The notes below the pieces were generated by a model, which had not been told where the DNA came from, ran no database searches, and saw only the letters and a program-made list of their open reading frames with translations. The position numbers and the translations under genes were made by a program. From Candidatus Latescibacterota bacterium (GTDB lineage Bacteria > Latescibacterota > UBA2968 > UBA8231), in NCBI GenBank assembly GCA_965200315.1, contig OZ241362.1:640001-704000 (forward strand): DNA of 64,000 bases. The letters are read 5' to 3'. The number at the start of each line of letters is the position of its first letter. The first letter of the stretch is position 1. Below, piece after piece: positions 20,293 to 29,972 of the stretch.

Positions 20293-23200
20293 TTAGTAAA
20301 CGCCAAACCCCACGCAACTAAGCCGCCCTCCCGCCAAGCTGCACACCACACCACCGCGACACGGCCACAGACCGCGAATTTCCGCTTCCAGCGCCACACA
20401 GCCCACACCCCTGCCGTCTGCATCACAGGCTAGCAGCGCACCTTTTTCCACGGCTGCGACAAGGTGCTCCCCCACCGGGGCAATGGCCCGAATCCACTCG
20501 CCAATTTGGACGTGCCAGCGCAATTCCCCTCGGTAGCTAAAGGCGTAGAGTTCGCCGAATTCGCTGGCCGCGACCAAGCCGCCGGGAAAGGCGACAAGCC
20601 CCACAACTTCGCCGACGATATTGACGTGCCAGACCTCGGCCCCATCCTGCGGTTTGACCGCGTAGAGCCAGCCGTCCTGCGTGCCGTAAACAATTTCGCG
20701 TACGCCGTCTCCATCGACATCGACCAGTTGCAGATGAGTGAGGCCGATGCCGCGGCGCGGCGTGGTCGCATGGCCCTCGGACCCCACTTCTTCAAAGGTA
20801 GTCCAGCGGAAGGACCCGTCGCTATTGTGCACGTTGAGCGGGGTAGAGTATTCGGTCCCCGCAATCACCTCGGCCTGGCCATCGCCGTCCACATCCGCGG
20901 CGGCGAGCGCGGTAATCGCGTGGTAGCGCACCCACTCCGCCCATTCGAGCGTGCCATCCGCAGCAAAGGCGTTTATATACCAGCCCACAGTGGACGCTAG
21001 GACACTCGTGCGGCCCTGCCCTGTCAAGTCGGCCACGGCGAGGCCGGAAATTTTCGACCCCCATCCCGAGTTTTTCAAGGTTTTGCGCCAGCGTTGCTCG
21101 CCGCTGTGGCCTTCGAGTGCGGCCAGTTGACCATCGTCCGTGCCCACTAGCGCTTCCACCACCCCATCCGCGTCGATATCGGCCAAGAGCAGGGCACTGG
21201 CCACCCGGTCCAAGCCCAGTTGGTGCGACCATATCGCCGCACCGTCCGCGCACTTTAATTGGACGACCTCCCCTTCCTCGGTGCCAGCAAGTACCATTTC
21301 ATCGTGGACCGCTACAGCGCTTATCTCGGTTGAACCCAAGTCCCGGCTCCACTGGGCGGTCCAGCCGTTCTGCGGCCGGAGCCAAGGAGATTTCGCCGCA
21401 GCGGAGGGCAGGTCTGGCGCGACGGCGTCCAAGGCGTCGTAGATGCGGTGCGCCGTTGCGCTCTGTCCCACGTTGAGCGTCGCATACGACCCGTCAAACA
21501 CCTGCCAGTCCCAATGCTCGCCCTCGGCAAAGCCCAAGCGTTCAACGCCCTGCAAAGTCAGGCGATTTCCCTTTAGAGAGATCGCGAACATTTCGCCCTC
21601 AATGGCCAGCGTACCCAAGCGGGTGTGGCCGACTCCTAAGATGGTCGTCTCCGCCCCGTCGCGGATCTCGACAGCCCTTTCATTCAGGCGCGTTATGCGG
21701 ATGTCGGGATGCGGCGTCAGCAGATTGATATAGACGAGATTTTCCCCCGGCTGCATGGTGCGGGCGGCTTGCTGGTGCAGGACGTGGAGGATGTCCCCGG
21801 CGTGTGGATAGTTGGACCAGCGGCTTTTCTCGTGCAAGTCGGCGACGATTTCTTGGGCCGACCCATCGGCATTGTCGATATAGAAGTGTTCGCCCTCCCC
21901 CTCCTGATGCAGACACACCCTAGAGCCTCTGAGTTCGGCGTCGCCGACCAAGCGCCACAGACAGTAGCAGCGGTAGTCCCCGGCCTCTGTGCATTGCAGT
22001 TGGTCGATCACCGCAAAATAGCGCCCCTTGCCCCAGAAGATGTTGCGCCGCCAGTCCACTCCGTTGTAGCCGGAAGCCTCGGTCTGCACCAAGCCAAAGG
22101 CCCGGCTTTCGCTACGGGAGTTCAGCGAGGCCAAAAGCGGCAGCAGCAGCCCAGCGCCCGGCGGCTGCAACACGCCCACGCCGTCGCGGATGACGGCGAT
22201 TGAATTGTGGAATTTGGGTGCCGCCCGGATATAGTCGCCGTCCCCCAGCCAAGCTCGGTCGTTCCAAGTCAGCCGGACGATGGTATTGCTGTCTTCGTGC
22301 CCGTGACAGAACGTGCCGCTCCCTTCGAGCAACAAGTACTCACTCATCGGGTCGAAGTCGCGCCGCAGTGAGAGCTTGTCGAAGTAGTCTTTTTGTGGGT
22401 CGGGCTGGTTATCAGCCGGAGCGTACGCACGCACCCAGCCCAGCGCTTTGGCTGGCAACTTCATCGCGTATATACCGAGCAGACCAACGGGCTCTGCGGG
22501 GACGCAATCGGCAAGTGCTAATCCATTTTCCCCCCACTCGACGGCGGCATAAAGCCCCCGCAACACATGCGCCAGCGTCGGCCTCTTGCGCGCACCCAGC
22601 CAGTTGAGGAGCCACAAATGCTCGGGGTTGCGCGTATACCAAGTGGAAACCATCGGCGCCCACAAACGGCCTTCCCACCCCTCGGATGGCGAAAAAGGCG
22701 CGTATCCCGCGGTATCTCCGTGGTTGCTCTCACTGCGCATATTGTCCGTAGTCACCACCGCTAGCGTACACAGATCGGCGATGTGCCCGTCCTCGATGTA
22801 CCCGTAATCGTTCTTTTTGAGCAACGCGTACGAGAGCGTCTCCTGTGGCACGAGCCAAGCGTAGCCCACGCCACCGTCGTCGTTGGATTTGTAGCAATCG
22901 TTCTGGCCGGCAAAAATCCGCTCCACCACTTTTTCGCTCGGCGCAAATTCGCGGATGCCGTAGCGCTTGCTCAGGTAGCTGTGGCCCGCAGCCAAGTCCA
23001 TGGCGATATAGGTGGTGTGATTCTGGCGAATCTGGTCTGGGGGGTTGACGCTTTCCTCCATATAAAACAAGCCCGCCAAGTGGCGCAGCATCTCGCCCAT
23101 CATGGTTGCCACCCCGCGGCGGTCGGCCTCTGTGTAGAGCGGGCTATCCTCGATCAGCTCCCAGAGGTGGATGAGGCTGTGGAAGTGGAAAAAGCAGTGG

Positions 23201-23910
23201 TAGGTCTCCGGGTAGGAGCGCCGCTGGGCCAGCCAAGGTTCTAGGGAACCGGCGAAGATGGCCGGCACGGCGCGGCCCCACACTGGGTGGTCGGTCAGAT
23301 AGTAATACCAAGCGTAGTTCTCCACCTGACCGCCGCGAAAAGGCGTGGACACCCAAGCACCTTCCCAAGTCTTGAGATCGTCCTGCACCATCCTCTCCAG
23401 TTGTGCTTCCTCGGGAAACGGAGGCAGAGGATGCTGGAACTGAGCGGCGTGTACTCGGTGCAGCTCCTCGGGACGGGTATGCACCAAGTCCTCGAACACC
23501 GCAAAGGCCGCCAGCAGCCCTTCCCGGCTGCTCGCCCCGAGGACGATACTGTTTTTGCCATAGCCGAAAGGATCGGAAACCGACTTGACAAAATAGCCGT
23601 CCCCGCCGGGAAAAAAGGTATCGACAAAACAGCAGCGGGCCGTGTAGAGCCGCCGCAGCGCGGCATTGTTCGTCATATTGCCGGCGGCGATCACCTGCGC
23701 ACTGCCAAAGAGCGCGTCGGTGAAATCCCGCTGCGCGACAATGTCGGGTGCCCGCCCCGCCACGGCGGCAATAGCACCTTGGAGTTGCACAACAGGTGAG
23801 GCCCCTTGGAGACCGTGCGGAACCACCAGTACCGTATCCGCGGCGAGGTCGGTGCGGGGAAAGTGCCGAGAGTGCGCAAAGGAGAATTCTGTCATAATAG
23901 ATTGATCCAC
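20293..23910 (-). CDS. Large protein with heparinase II/III-like domain and C-terminal PQQ/FG-GAP beta-propeller
   Basis: HGHEDSN...HNSI...VDWRRNI motifs; C-terminal DIDADG/DVDGDG repeats and G..RW blades. Confidence 0.7.
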   Translation of the reverse strand: MDQSIMTEFSFAHSRHFPRTDLAADTVLVVPHGLQGASPVVQLQGAIAAVAGRAPDIVAQRDFTDALFGSAQVIAAGNMTNNAALRRLYTARCCFVDTFFPGGDGYFVKSVSDPFGYGKNSIVLGASSREGLLAAFAVFEDLVHTRPEELHRVHAAQFQHPLPPFPEEAQLERMVQDDLKTWEGAWVSTPFRGGQVENYAWYYYLTDHPVWGRAVPAIFAGSLEPWLAQRRSYPETYHCFFHFHSLIHLWELIEDSPLYTEADRRGVATMMGEMLRHLAGLFYMEESVNPPDQIRQNHTTYIAMDLAAGHSYLSKRYGIREFAPSEKVVERIFAGQNDCYKSNDDGGVGYAWLVPQETLSYALLKKNDYGYIEDGHIADLCTLAVVTTDNMRSESNHGDTAGYAPFSPSEGWEGRLWAPMVSTWYTRNPEHLWLLNWLGARKRPTLAHVLRGLYAAVEWGENGLALADCVPAEPVGLLGIYAMKLPAKALGWVRAYAPADNQPDPQKDYFDKLSLRRDFDPMSEYLLLEGSGTFCHGHEDSNTIVRLTWNDRAWLGDGDYIRAAPKFHNSIAVIRDGVGVLQPPGAGLLLPLLASLNSRSESRAFGLVQTEASGYNGVDWRRNIFWGKGRYFAVIDQLQCTEAGDYRCYCLWRLVGDAELRGSRVCLHQEGEGEHFYIDNADGSAQEIVADLHEKSRWSNYPHAGDILHVLHQQAARTMQPGENLVYINLLTPHPDIRITRLNERAVEIRDGAETTILGVGHTRLGTLAIEGEMFAISLKGNRLTLQGVERLGFAEGEHWDWQVFDGSYATLNVGQSATAHRIYDALDAVAPDLPSAAAKSPWLRPQNGWTAQWSRDLGSTEISAVAVHDEMVLAGTEEGEVVQLKCADGAAIWSHQLGLDRVASALLLADIDADGVVEALVGTDDGQLAALEGHSGEQRWRKTLKNSGWGSKISGLAVADLTGQGRTSVLASTVGWYINAFAADGTLEWAEWVRYHAITALAAADVDGDGQAEVIAGTEYSTPLNVHNSDGSFRWTTFEEVGSEGHATTPRRGIGLTHLQLVDVDGDGVREIVYGTQDGWLYAVKPQDGAEVWHVNIVGEVVGLVAFPGGLVAASEFGELYAFSYRGELRWHVQIGEWIRAIAPVGEHLVAAVEKGALLACDADGRGVGCVALEAEIRGLWPCRGGVVCSLAGGRLSCVGFGVY

Positions 23911-23915
23911 TCAGT

Positions 23916-25235
23916 TCACTTTTCCTCTAAGGCGACATATTTGCCGAGATCGCGTCGCGCCCTGTCGAGGAATGGATGGTCTCCAGCTTGGTAGCATTTG
24001 ACGCGCGCTTCGAGCAAATCGCGCTTCCAAGGCACGTGCGGCTCCAGTTTGTTGAGCACCTCTATGCAGGTCTGCGGAAAATTGAGTTCATAGCCCAGAT
24101 TCAACAACGCGTTCAGCCGCGTTTCCCGCGCGTAATCCATGACAAACGGAGAACGCAACGCCGCGTACAACCGCTCGGCATGGGCCGCATCCCGGCCGCC
24201 GAGGTCCACTGCTAGCGCCAAGCCGCGCTGCATGAGTGCCGGCCAAGCCCAAGGATCGCGGCCGTACCCCGCAAAAGCAGACTCCAAGGCGGCAACTCCT
24301 TCCGGGATCCGCCCCTCGCGCGTGTGCAAAATGGCCAAGATCACATCCGCTTCCACCGGCTGGAAGTCGCGCAACTGCTCGATGTACTGAGCGGTCTCCT
24401 CGCGCTGGTTAACGGCCATCATGTAGGCCACAGCCGACACTTCGTGCAGCCCGCGCGGCTGGCGCGGCTGACTCTGCCACCAGGCCAGCCCATTGCGCGA
24501 CCTCGCCTCCCACCAAGCCGCTAGCGCTTGCAGGCGATATCGCTGGTGAGGCGTCACCGGGTACCGATTCGGGTTAACTTGTTCCCCTTGGCCAATCAAA
24601 AAGGCGAGGCGCTGGTCTATAACCCATTCCCAGTCCACATCCCCACCCGTCGTGCGGGGGCGATCTTCTCCTCGGTCACGCGCCAATTTTTCCACCGCCT
24701 CGATATTGAAATGCCTCCCGAGCCCGAGATGGCGGGCAAAGGCGTACTCCACTAGGGTGCGATCGTCCGTATTCAATTCCTGCTCGCGCGCCAATTCGCG
24801 CGCCACCGCCGGACCGGCTACGTAGTGGGCTAGGAAGCCTTCGAGGTCCGCGGTGCGCCAGACTGCGGCCAGCGCACTGCGGTAGGGTTCCTCAGCGACT
24901 CGAGCGCGTAGTCTGGGAACATCGTACGACACCGGCCCAGCAGAAGACAGCAGTAGCAAATCCCCGCGCTGGGTCTGCCAAGTTTCCACGTGGGCAAAAA
25001 CCGAACTCAGGGTAGCGTAGATGGTGCGGATGGTTTGCTCATCTACCTCGTACATTTGCACCCACTGTGCGAATAGGCCGCCGTCGCGCAAAAGCGGAGC
25101 GACCCCTTCGTAGAATTCCCGCGTGTACAGGCTGGCAACCCCCGCCCGGTAGGGATTGGAAGGCTCGGAGAAGATGAGGTCGTAGGTTTGCCGGGTGGTC
25201 AGGACGACCTCCCGCCCATCGCCGACCACCAGCCG
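23916..25235 (-). pseudogene. 3' part of a spermidine-synthase-like (fused MFS/SpeE-type) protein
   Basis: RLVVGDGRE...YDLIFSEPSNPYRAGVASLYTREFY...NTDDRTLVEY; N-terminus missing. Confidence 0.8.
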
Positions 25236-25773
25236 TGCGCGAATGGGTCGAAAACTCGCGCGCGACCTCCTCAAAGGGAGTACCGGCTCGCAGGGCCGCC
25301 AGCGCCTCCTCGGCCCGCTCCTGAGTGGGTACGACGATGTGGGCGATTTTGATCCAGCGCGCCCAGTTTTGCTCGGCAAACACGCGCCGCATTTCCTCCT
25401 CGGTAATGGCAACCTGCTCCTCGACAGCGCGCTGCTCGATCTCTCGTATCAGCCGCCGCCGCAGAGCGGTCGCCACCTCGCTGACAAACGCCGGACTCCG
25501 GTCTAATTTGCCGGCGCGCGCTTCGCGGAGAATGAGCGTCCGATCGACAAGCGACTGCAAGTATTCGCGGACCTTGGCGCTGCCTTCCTGTTCGCTTTTG
25601 GCCCACTCGGCCACATTGTCGATCAGGTAGCGTAGCTCCCGATCCGTGATTACCTCTGTGCCTACTTCGGCCAGTGGCAATGCTTCCTTTTGGGTGGTCG
25701 GCTCCTGCTGTCCACAGGCGACGAGCGCCGCAATGCCCAGTGCGATCCACATCGACAACTTTAGCAAGTACAT
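25236..25773 (-). pseudogene. 5' part of a parvulin-type peptidyl-prolyl isomerase lipoprotein
   Basis: Lipobox LVAC; IAHIVV...AL..G.PFEEVAREFS, then loses homology before the expected GGDLG. Confidence 0.8.
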
Positions 25774-25784
25774 ATTCTCTCCTG

Positions 25785-26813
25785 TTAGCGCGGCCAGAGC
25801 AGCGCCCGCTCCGCGTCAATGCGCGGATACACGGTCTCTCCCGGGGCAAAACGCCGTTCCTTAGACGCGATGATGTGGATGGACGCCCCGGCCCAATCCA
25901 CCCATAAAATCCACGCGGCCCCAGCGTCCTCAACGACGCGCACCACGCCCGGCACCTGCCCCCCGGCGGGCGCAATGTCCTCCGGCCGCACCCCGAGCAG
26001 CATCTCGCCTGACCCACTCAGCGCCGGCATTCGCTCGGCTTGGTTCGGACCAATCCACGCACCCCCGCGCCGCTGCACGCTGAGGATGTTGATCGCAGGT
26101 TGACCCAATTGGCGCGCCACTGTGGGCGAGACCGGCTGGCGGTAAATGACCTCCGGGCTACCCTGCTGCAAAATCCGCCCCTCGGCCAGCACGGCGATGG
26201 AGTCGCTCATGGACAGGGCCTCGGCTTGATCGTGGGTCACGTAGATCGCCGGAATGCCCAGCTCCTGCCGCAACAGGGCCAGCTCCAAGCGGAGGGACTC
26301 GCGCAGCTTGGCGTCCAAATTAGTCAGTGGCTCGTCAAAAAGAAACAGCCGCGGCCGCCGCACAATCGCCTGCCCAATGGCCACCCGCTGCATCTCGCCG
26401 CCCGACAGCCTAGCTGCCGGGCGGTCGAGCAGCCGCTCAATTTTCAGCATTTCGGCCGCCCAGCCCACGCGCTGGTCCATCTCGCTGCGCGCCATCTGCC
26501 AACGCGGTGCCTTGAGCGGAAATTCCAAGTTGCGCCGCACGCTCCAGTCGGGATAGAGAGCGAAGTGTTGGAATACAAACGCAATGTCGCGGTCGGCCGG
26601 CGGCCAGTGCGTCACCTCCTCGCCGTCCATTTCGACTAGGCCGGCGTCGGGTGCGTCCAATCCGGCGACGATCCGCAGCAGCGTGGTCTTGCCCGCGCCA
26701 GTCGGCCCCAGCACCACCAGCATCTCGTCGGCCCCCAGCGACAGGTCAATGCCAGACAGAACCTCGGCCTTGCCAAAGCGCCGCGTCACCCCTTTTAGCT
26801 GCAACCAAGACAT
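25785..26813 (-). CDS. Sugar ABC transporter ATP-binding protein
   Basis: GPTGAGKTT, LSGGEMQR, DEP. Confidence 0.93.
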   Translation of the reverse strand: MSWLQLKGVTRRFGKAEVLSGIDLSLGADEMLVVLGPTGAGKTTLLRIVAGLDAPDAGLVEMDGEEVTHWPPADRDIAFVFQHFALYPDWSVRRNLEFPLKAPRWQMARSEMDQRVGWAAEMLKIERLLDRPAARLSGGEMQRVAIGQAIVRRPRLFLFDEPLTNLDAKLRESLRLELALLRQELGIPAIYVTHDQAEALSMSDSIAVLAEGRILQQGSPEVIYRQPVSPTVARQLGQPAINILSVQRRGGAWIGPNQAERMPALSGSGEMLLGVRPEDIAPAGGQVPGVVRVVEDAGAAWILWVDWAGASIHIIASKERRFAPGETVYPRIDAERALLWPR

Positions 26814-26814
26814 T

Positions 26815-27855
26815 TCAGAGCCGCTTGCCGCTCGTCGGGTCGAACAACAGCACCCGGGCAAAGTCCAAGCTCAAAACCGCGCCTACGGCCACTCGCTCCC
26901 GATCGGCCACTCGCATGACCAACCGCCCGCACTCGGCCTGTAGGTGAATGTAGCGGCATACACCTTGGTATTCGTCGCGCACCACCTCGGCCCGCAGTCG
27001 CCCTTTGGCGGTCGGTCGCACAAACTCCGGGCGCACCCCCAGCGTCGCCGGCCCCGGCCGCACCCGCTCAGATAGCGGCCAAACCAGCCCAAGCGCGGCA
27101 AAGCAGTCCTCGCGGATTTCCCCGGTGATGAAATTCATGCTGGGGCTGCCGATAAAATGCGCCACGAACAGGTCGGCCGGCTGGTCGTACACCAAGGCCG
27201 CAGCCCCGCTCTGGCGAATCCGGCCCTCGTCCATGACCACCACTTGATCGGCCAAGCTCATGGCCTCCTCTTGATCGTGGGTCACATACAAGGTGGCGAT
27301 CCCGGCGTCGAGCTGTTGGGCGCGGATCATCTCCCGCATCTCCAGCCGCAAACCCGCGTCGAGCGTGCCCAACGGCTCGTCCATCAGGTATATCTGCGGC
27401 CGCCGCACCATGGCCCGCGCCAAGGCCACCCGCTGCTGATCGCCGCCCGATAGCTGCCGCGGATAGCGCCCGACCAACCCGCCCAGCCCCAACCGCTCGA
27501 CCATGTCGGCCACCCGCTGCCGCCGCTCCCGCCGATTCAACCCCATGCTCTCCAGCGGAAAGCCGATGTTGTCCTCGACCTTCAGGTGCGGATAGAGCGC
27601 GTAAAACTGAAACGCAAACCCCACGTCCCGCTCGGCCGGCGAGCGGGACGTGATGTCTGCGCCGGCCAGCGCGATCTGCCCGGCCGTAGGCTTTTCGAGG
27701 CCGGCGACCATCCGCAGCGTAGTCGTCTTGCCGCACCCCGAAGGCCCCAACAGCACGGCGAACTCGCCCGCGCCGCAGCGCAAGTCAATGCCCTGCACAG
27801 CACACGTGCCGTCCGCATAGGTCTTGACCAACCCCCGGCACTCGAGAAAGCTCAT
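26815..27855 (-). CDS. Sugar ABC transporter ATP-binding protein
   Basis: GPSGCGKTT, LSGGDQQR, MDEP. Confidence 0.93.
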   Translation of the reverse strand: MSFLECRGLVKTYADGTCAVQGIDLRCGAGEFAVLLGPSGCGKTTTLRMVAGLEKPTAGQIALAGADITSRSPAERDVGFAFQFYALYPHLKVEDNIGFPLESMGLNRRERRQRVADMVERLGLGGLVGRYPRQLSGGDQQRVALARAMVRRPQIYLMDEPLGTLDAGLRLEMREMIRAQQLDAGIATLYVTHDQEEAMSLADQVVVMDEGRIRQSGAAALVYDQPADLFVAHFIGSPSMNFITGEIREDCFAALGLVWPLSERVRPGPATLGVRPEFVRPTAKGRLRAEVVRDEYQGVCRYIHLQAECGRLVMRVADRERVAVGAVLSLDFARVLLFDPTSGKRL

Positions 27856-28031
27856 GACTCGTCCATCTGCCGCCGCGACGTCGCAACGTGCAACAGCGTA
27901 CTGAAGGCCGCGACAAAAAACCCATACTTCAGCCCCATCCCCCAAAACGGTTGCAGCATCAACCCCACGCCGGCGACCATACCCACGCGAGCGCCGCGAT
28001 CCAACCAGCCAATCACCGCTTGATCGTCCAT
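27852..28031 (-). CDS. Small two-TM membrane protein of the ABC operon
   Basis: MDDQAVIGWLDRGARVGMVAGVGLMLQPFW...; ATGA overlap with the ATPase. Confidence 0.65.
   Translation of the reverse strand: MDDQAVIGWLDRGARVGMVAGVGLMLQPFWGMGLKYGFFVAAFSTLLHVATSRRQMDES
28013..28029 (-). repeat. Direct repeat bounding TA cassette (GGACGATCAAGCGGTGA on minus strand)
   Basis: 16/17 identical to 29109-29125. Confidence 0.85.
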
Positions 28032-28065
28032 TCTCCGCCTCTTGGCATCGCTCAGGTTGATTTGT

Positions 28066-28461
28066 TCATCGTCTCTCGCCGGAGCAGAGCCAGTCCTCGT
28101 AGAATCTCTTGACTCGCTTTGGCGTACGCGGAGACGATAAGAGGCCATCTTGGACTCTTCGCAGCACGTCAGGGGTACAGGGTTGGCGAAGCTCGGCTAT
28201 ACGCCAACTCACTGCTTCGTTCAAATAGTGAATTTCAGGGATAAGAGCATGGTCGTAGGAGATCACGGATGCGTACCGCACCCATGGGCGATCGCCCGGG
28301 CTCAGTACTACGGTACTATCTTTGTAGAATCGCTTGGTGGATACCGCCCCAATGATAGTCTGCGGCGGCTCACCCACTGGGTCTGTCACCAAGATCCAGA
28401 GATGTGGAGTCTCAAAGTTTGGACTCGGGAGCACCAGAGTCTCGCCAGCGCGACTAAACAT
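28066..28461 (-). CDS. Putative toxin, PemK/MazF-like fold, paired with Panacea
   Basis: GETLVL...HLWILVTD...AVST...DSTVVLSPGD.PWV...SVISY; overlaps the antitoxin stop. Confidence 0.65.
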   Translation of the reverse strand: MFSRAGETLVLPSPNFETPHLWILVTDPVGEPPQTIIGAVSTKRFYKDSTVVLSPGDRPWVRYASVISYDHALIPEIHYLNEAVSWRIAELRQPCTPDVLRRVQDGLLSSPRTPKRVKRFYEDWLCSGERR

Positions 28462-29020
28462 CGCTGTTGGGAATCACCATCTGCTCTGCTAAGGAGAACG
28501 ATTCCAGCTCTTCGGTAATCTCCCTGATTTCAGCCTCCGTCTTACCGACAGCTTCGAGGATATCGCGATAGTGAATCGCGCACGAAGACCCTTCAGGGTT
28601 CTGCCACTCGCTGAAATTGTCGTGGCAGTAGTCTCGCAGTTGCCATTGATCCCAACGGCCATACGCTGAGTAGATCTCGTCAATCAGACCGGTCTCCGCT
28701 TCGGAGAGATCGTCGTCCTGCGGATTCGCAATCAAGGAGACTTCATACGCGCTCGGAGGGCTGATGAACCTGCTCCAGGACCCTAGGCAATTGGGTTCAT
28801 CTCCCTCGTTGATCCGATCGAGGGTAAAGCTGAGCACCGGACCATGGGGCATCGATACGTACCTGTCGTAAGTAATAGGATGGCCCCAGCGGCTGAGAGC
28901 GGTTCGGTCCATGGCGTAGAGCAACTTGATAAGTTTCATATAGTTCATCGCTCCACCTGCATGCTGCAGTAAGCGAGCGGCGGCCTGAACCGTCTTGTCT
29001 TCGCGGTAACGGGGTATCAC
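28454..29020 (-). CDS. Panacea-domain (DUF4065) antitoxin
   Basis: MNYMKLIKLLY..DR, ITYDRYVSMPHGPVLS, LRDYCH...EWQNP.GSS. Confidence 0.9.
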   Translation of the reverse strand: MIPRYREDKTVQAAARLLQHAGGAMNYMKLIKLLYAMDRTALSRWGHPITYDRYVSMPHGPVLSFTLDRINEGDEPNCLGSWSRFISPPSAYEVSLIANPQDDDLSEAETGLIDEIYSAYGRWDQWQLRDYCHDNFSEWQNPEGSSCAIHYRDILEAVGKTEAEIREITEELESFSLAEQMVIPNSDV

Positions 29021-29108
29021 TGTGAGACCTCTGCGGGAAAAAATGGATATGGGCGTAACGGTACTGGGCTGGTTAAACGCTGTCAACGCCAACGGCACCT
29101 TGTGCTGG

Positions 29109-29125
29109 TCATCGCTTGATCGTCC
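29109..29125 (-). repeat. Direct repeat equal to permease 3' end (GGACGATCAAGCGATGA on minus strand)
   Basis: Last 17 nt of the permease including its stop; duplicated at 28013-28029. Confidence 0.85.
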
Positions 29126-29972
29126 CAAAGGTGACGCCGCGCAGCAGATGCTTGCGCACCAACACCGTGAACGCGATGATCGGCGCGGCAAAAATCAGCA
29201 TCCCCGCGCTGATCTGCGCCCACGGCAAACCCGACACATTGCCCTGCAAACCAGCGAAGTAAACCGGCACTGTAACGGCCTTTTGGTTGTTGAGCGTCAT
29301 GGCAAACCCGTACTCGTTCCACGCGGAGATCAGGCAAAACACCGCAGTTACTGCCATCCCGGGCACGGCCCGCGGCAGAACGACCAAGCGAAAGGCTTGG
29401 AAGCGAGTATAGCCAGCCACCAGCGCGGCCTCTTCGTACGCGGTGGGTATTTCGTCGATAAAGCCCTTCATCAGCCACACGGCCAGCGACATATTGAACG
29501 CCGTGTACAGCAGCACCAATCCTAAATGGCTGTTCTGGAGATCGAATTCGCGGTACATCATCAACACCGGCACCACCAAGGCGAGGGGCGGCAAAAAGCG
29601 CGTCGAGAGGATAAAAAACAGCCAGTCGCGCCCCCCGGGGATGGCAAAGCGGCTAAAGCCATAGGCCGCGCCGGTGCCGATCAGCACCGAGCACAAGGTG
29701 CTGAGCAGGCCAATGACCAAGCTGTTGCCCAAGTAGTGGAAAAAGGCGTGCTCCCCGCCGGCGTACACCGCGGCCAATTGGCGATAGCCGTCGAGATTGG
29801 CGCGGAAGTAGCTCCCGTCGGCCGCGACCTCCTCGGCCCAAGTGGGCGCGAACTTGGGATGCACGGCAATGCTGTCGTCCCGCGTCTTAAACGAGGTCAG
29901 CAAGAGCCATACAAGCGGCAGCATGGCCGCGCAAAAGTAGCCCCCGACAAAGGCGATGCGCAGCGCCTTCAC
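29109..29972 (-). CDS. Carbohydrate ABC transporter permease
   Basis: IPTAYEEAALVAG; ends LRGVTFGTIKR. Confidence 0.92.
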   Translation of the reverse strand: MKALRIAFVGGYFCAAMLPLVWLLLTSFKTRDDSIAVHPKFAPTWAEEVAADGSYFRANLDGYRQLAAVYAGGEHAFFHYLGNSLVIGLLSTLCSVLIGTGAAYGFSRFAIPGGRDWLFFILSTRFLPPLALVVPVLMMYREFDLQNSHLGLVLLYTAFNMSLAVWLMKGFIDEIPTAYEEAALVAGYTRFQAFRLVVLPRAVPGMAVTAVFCLISAWNEYGFAMTLNNQKAVTVPVYFAGLQGNVSGLPWAQISAGMLIFAAPIIAFTVLVRKHLLRGVTFGTIKR

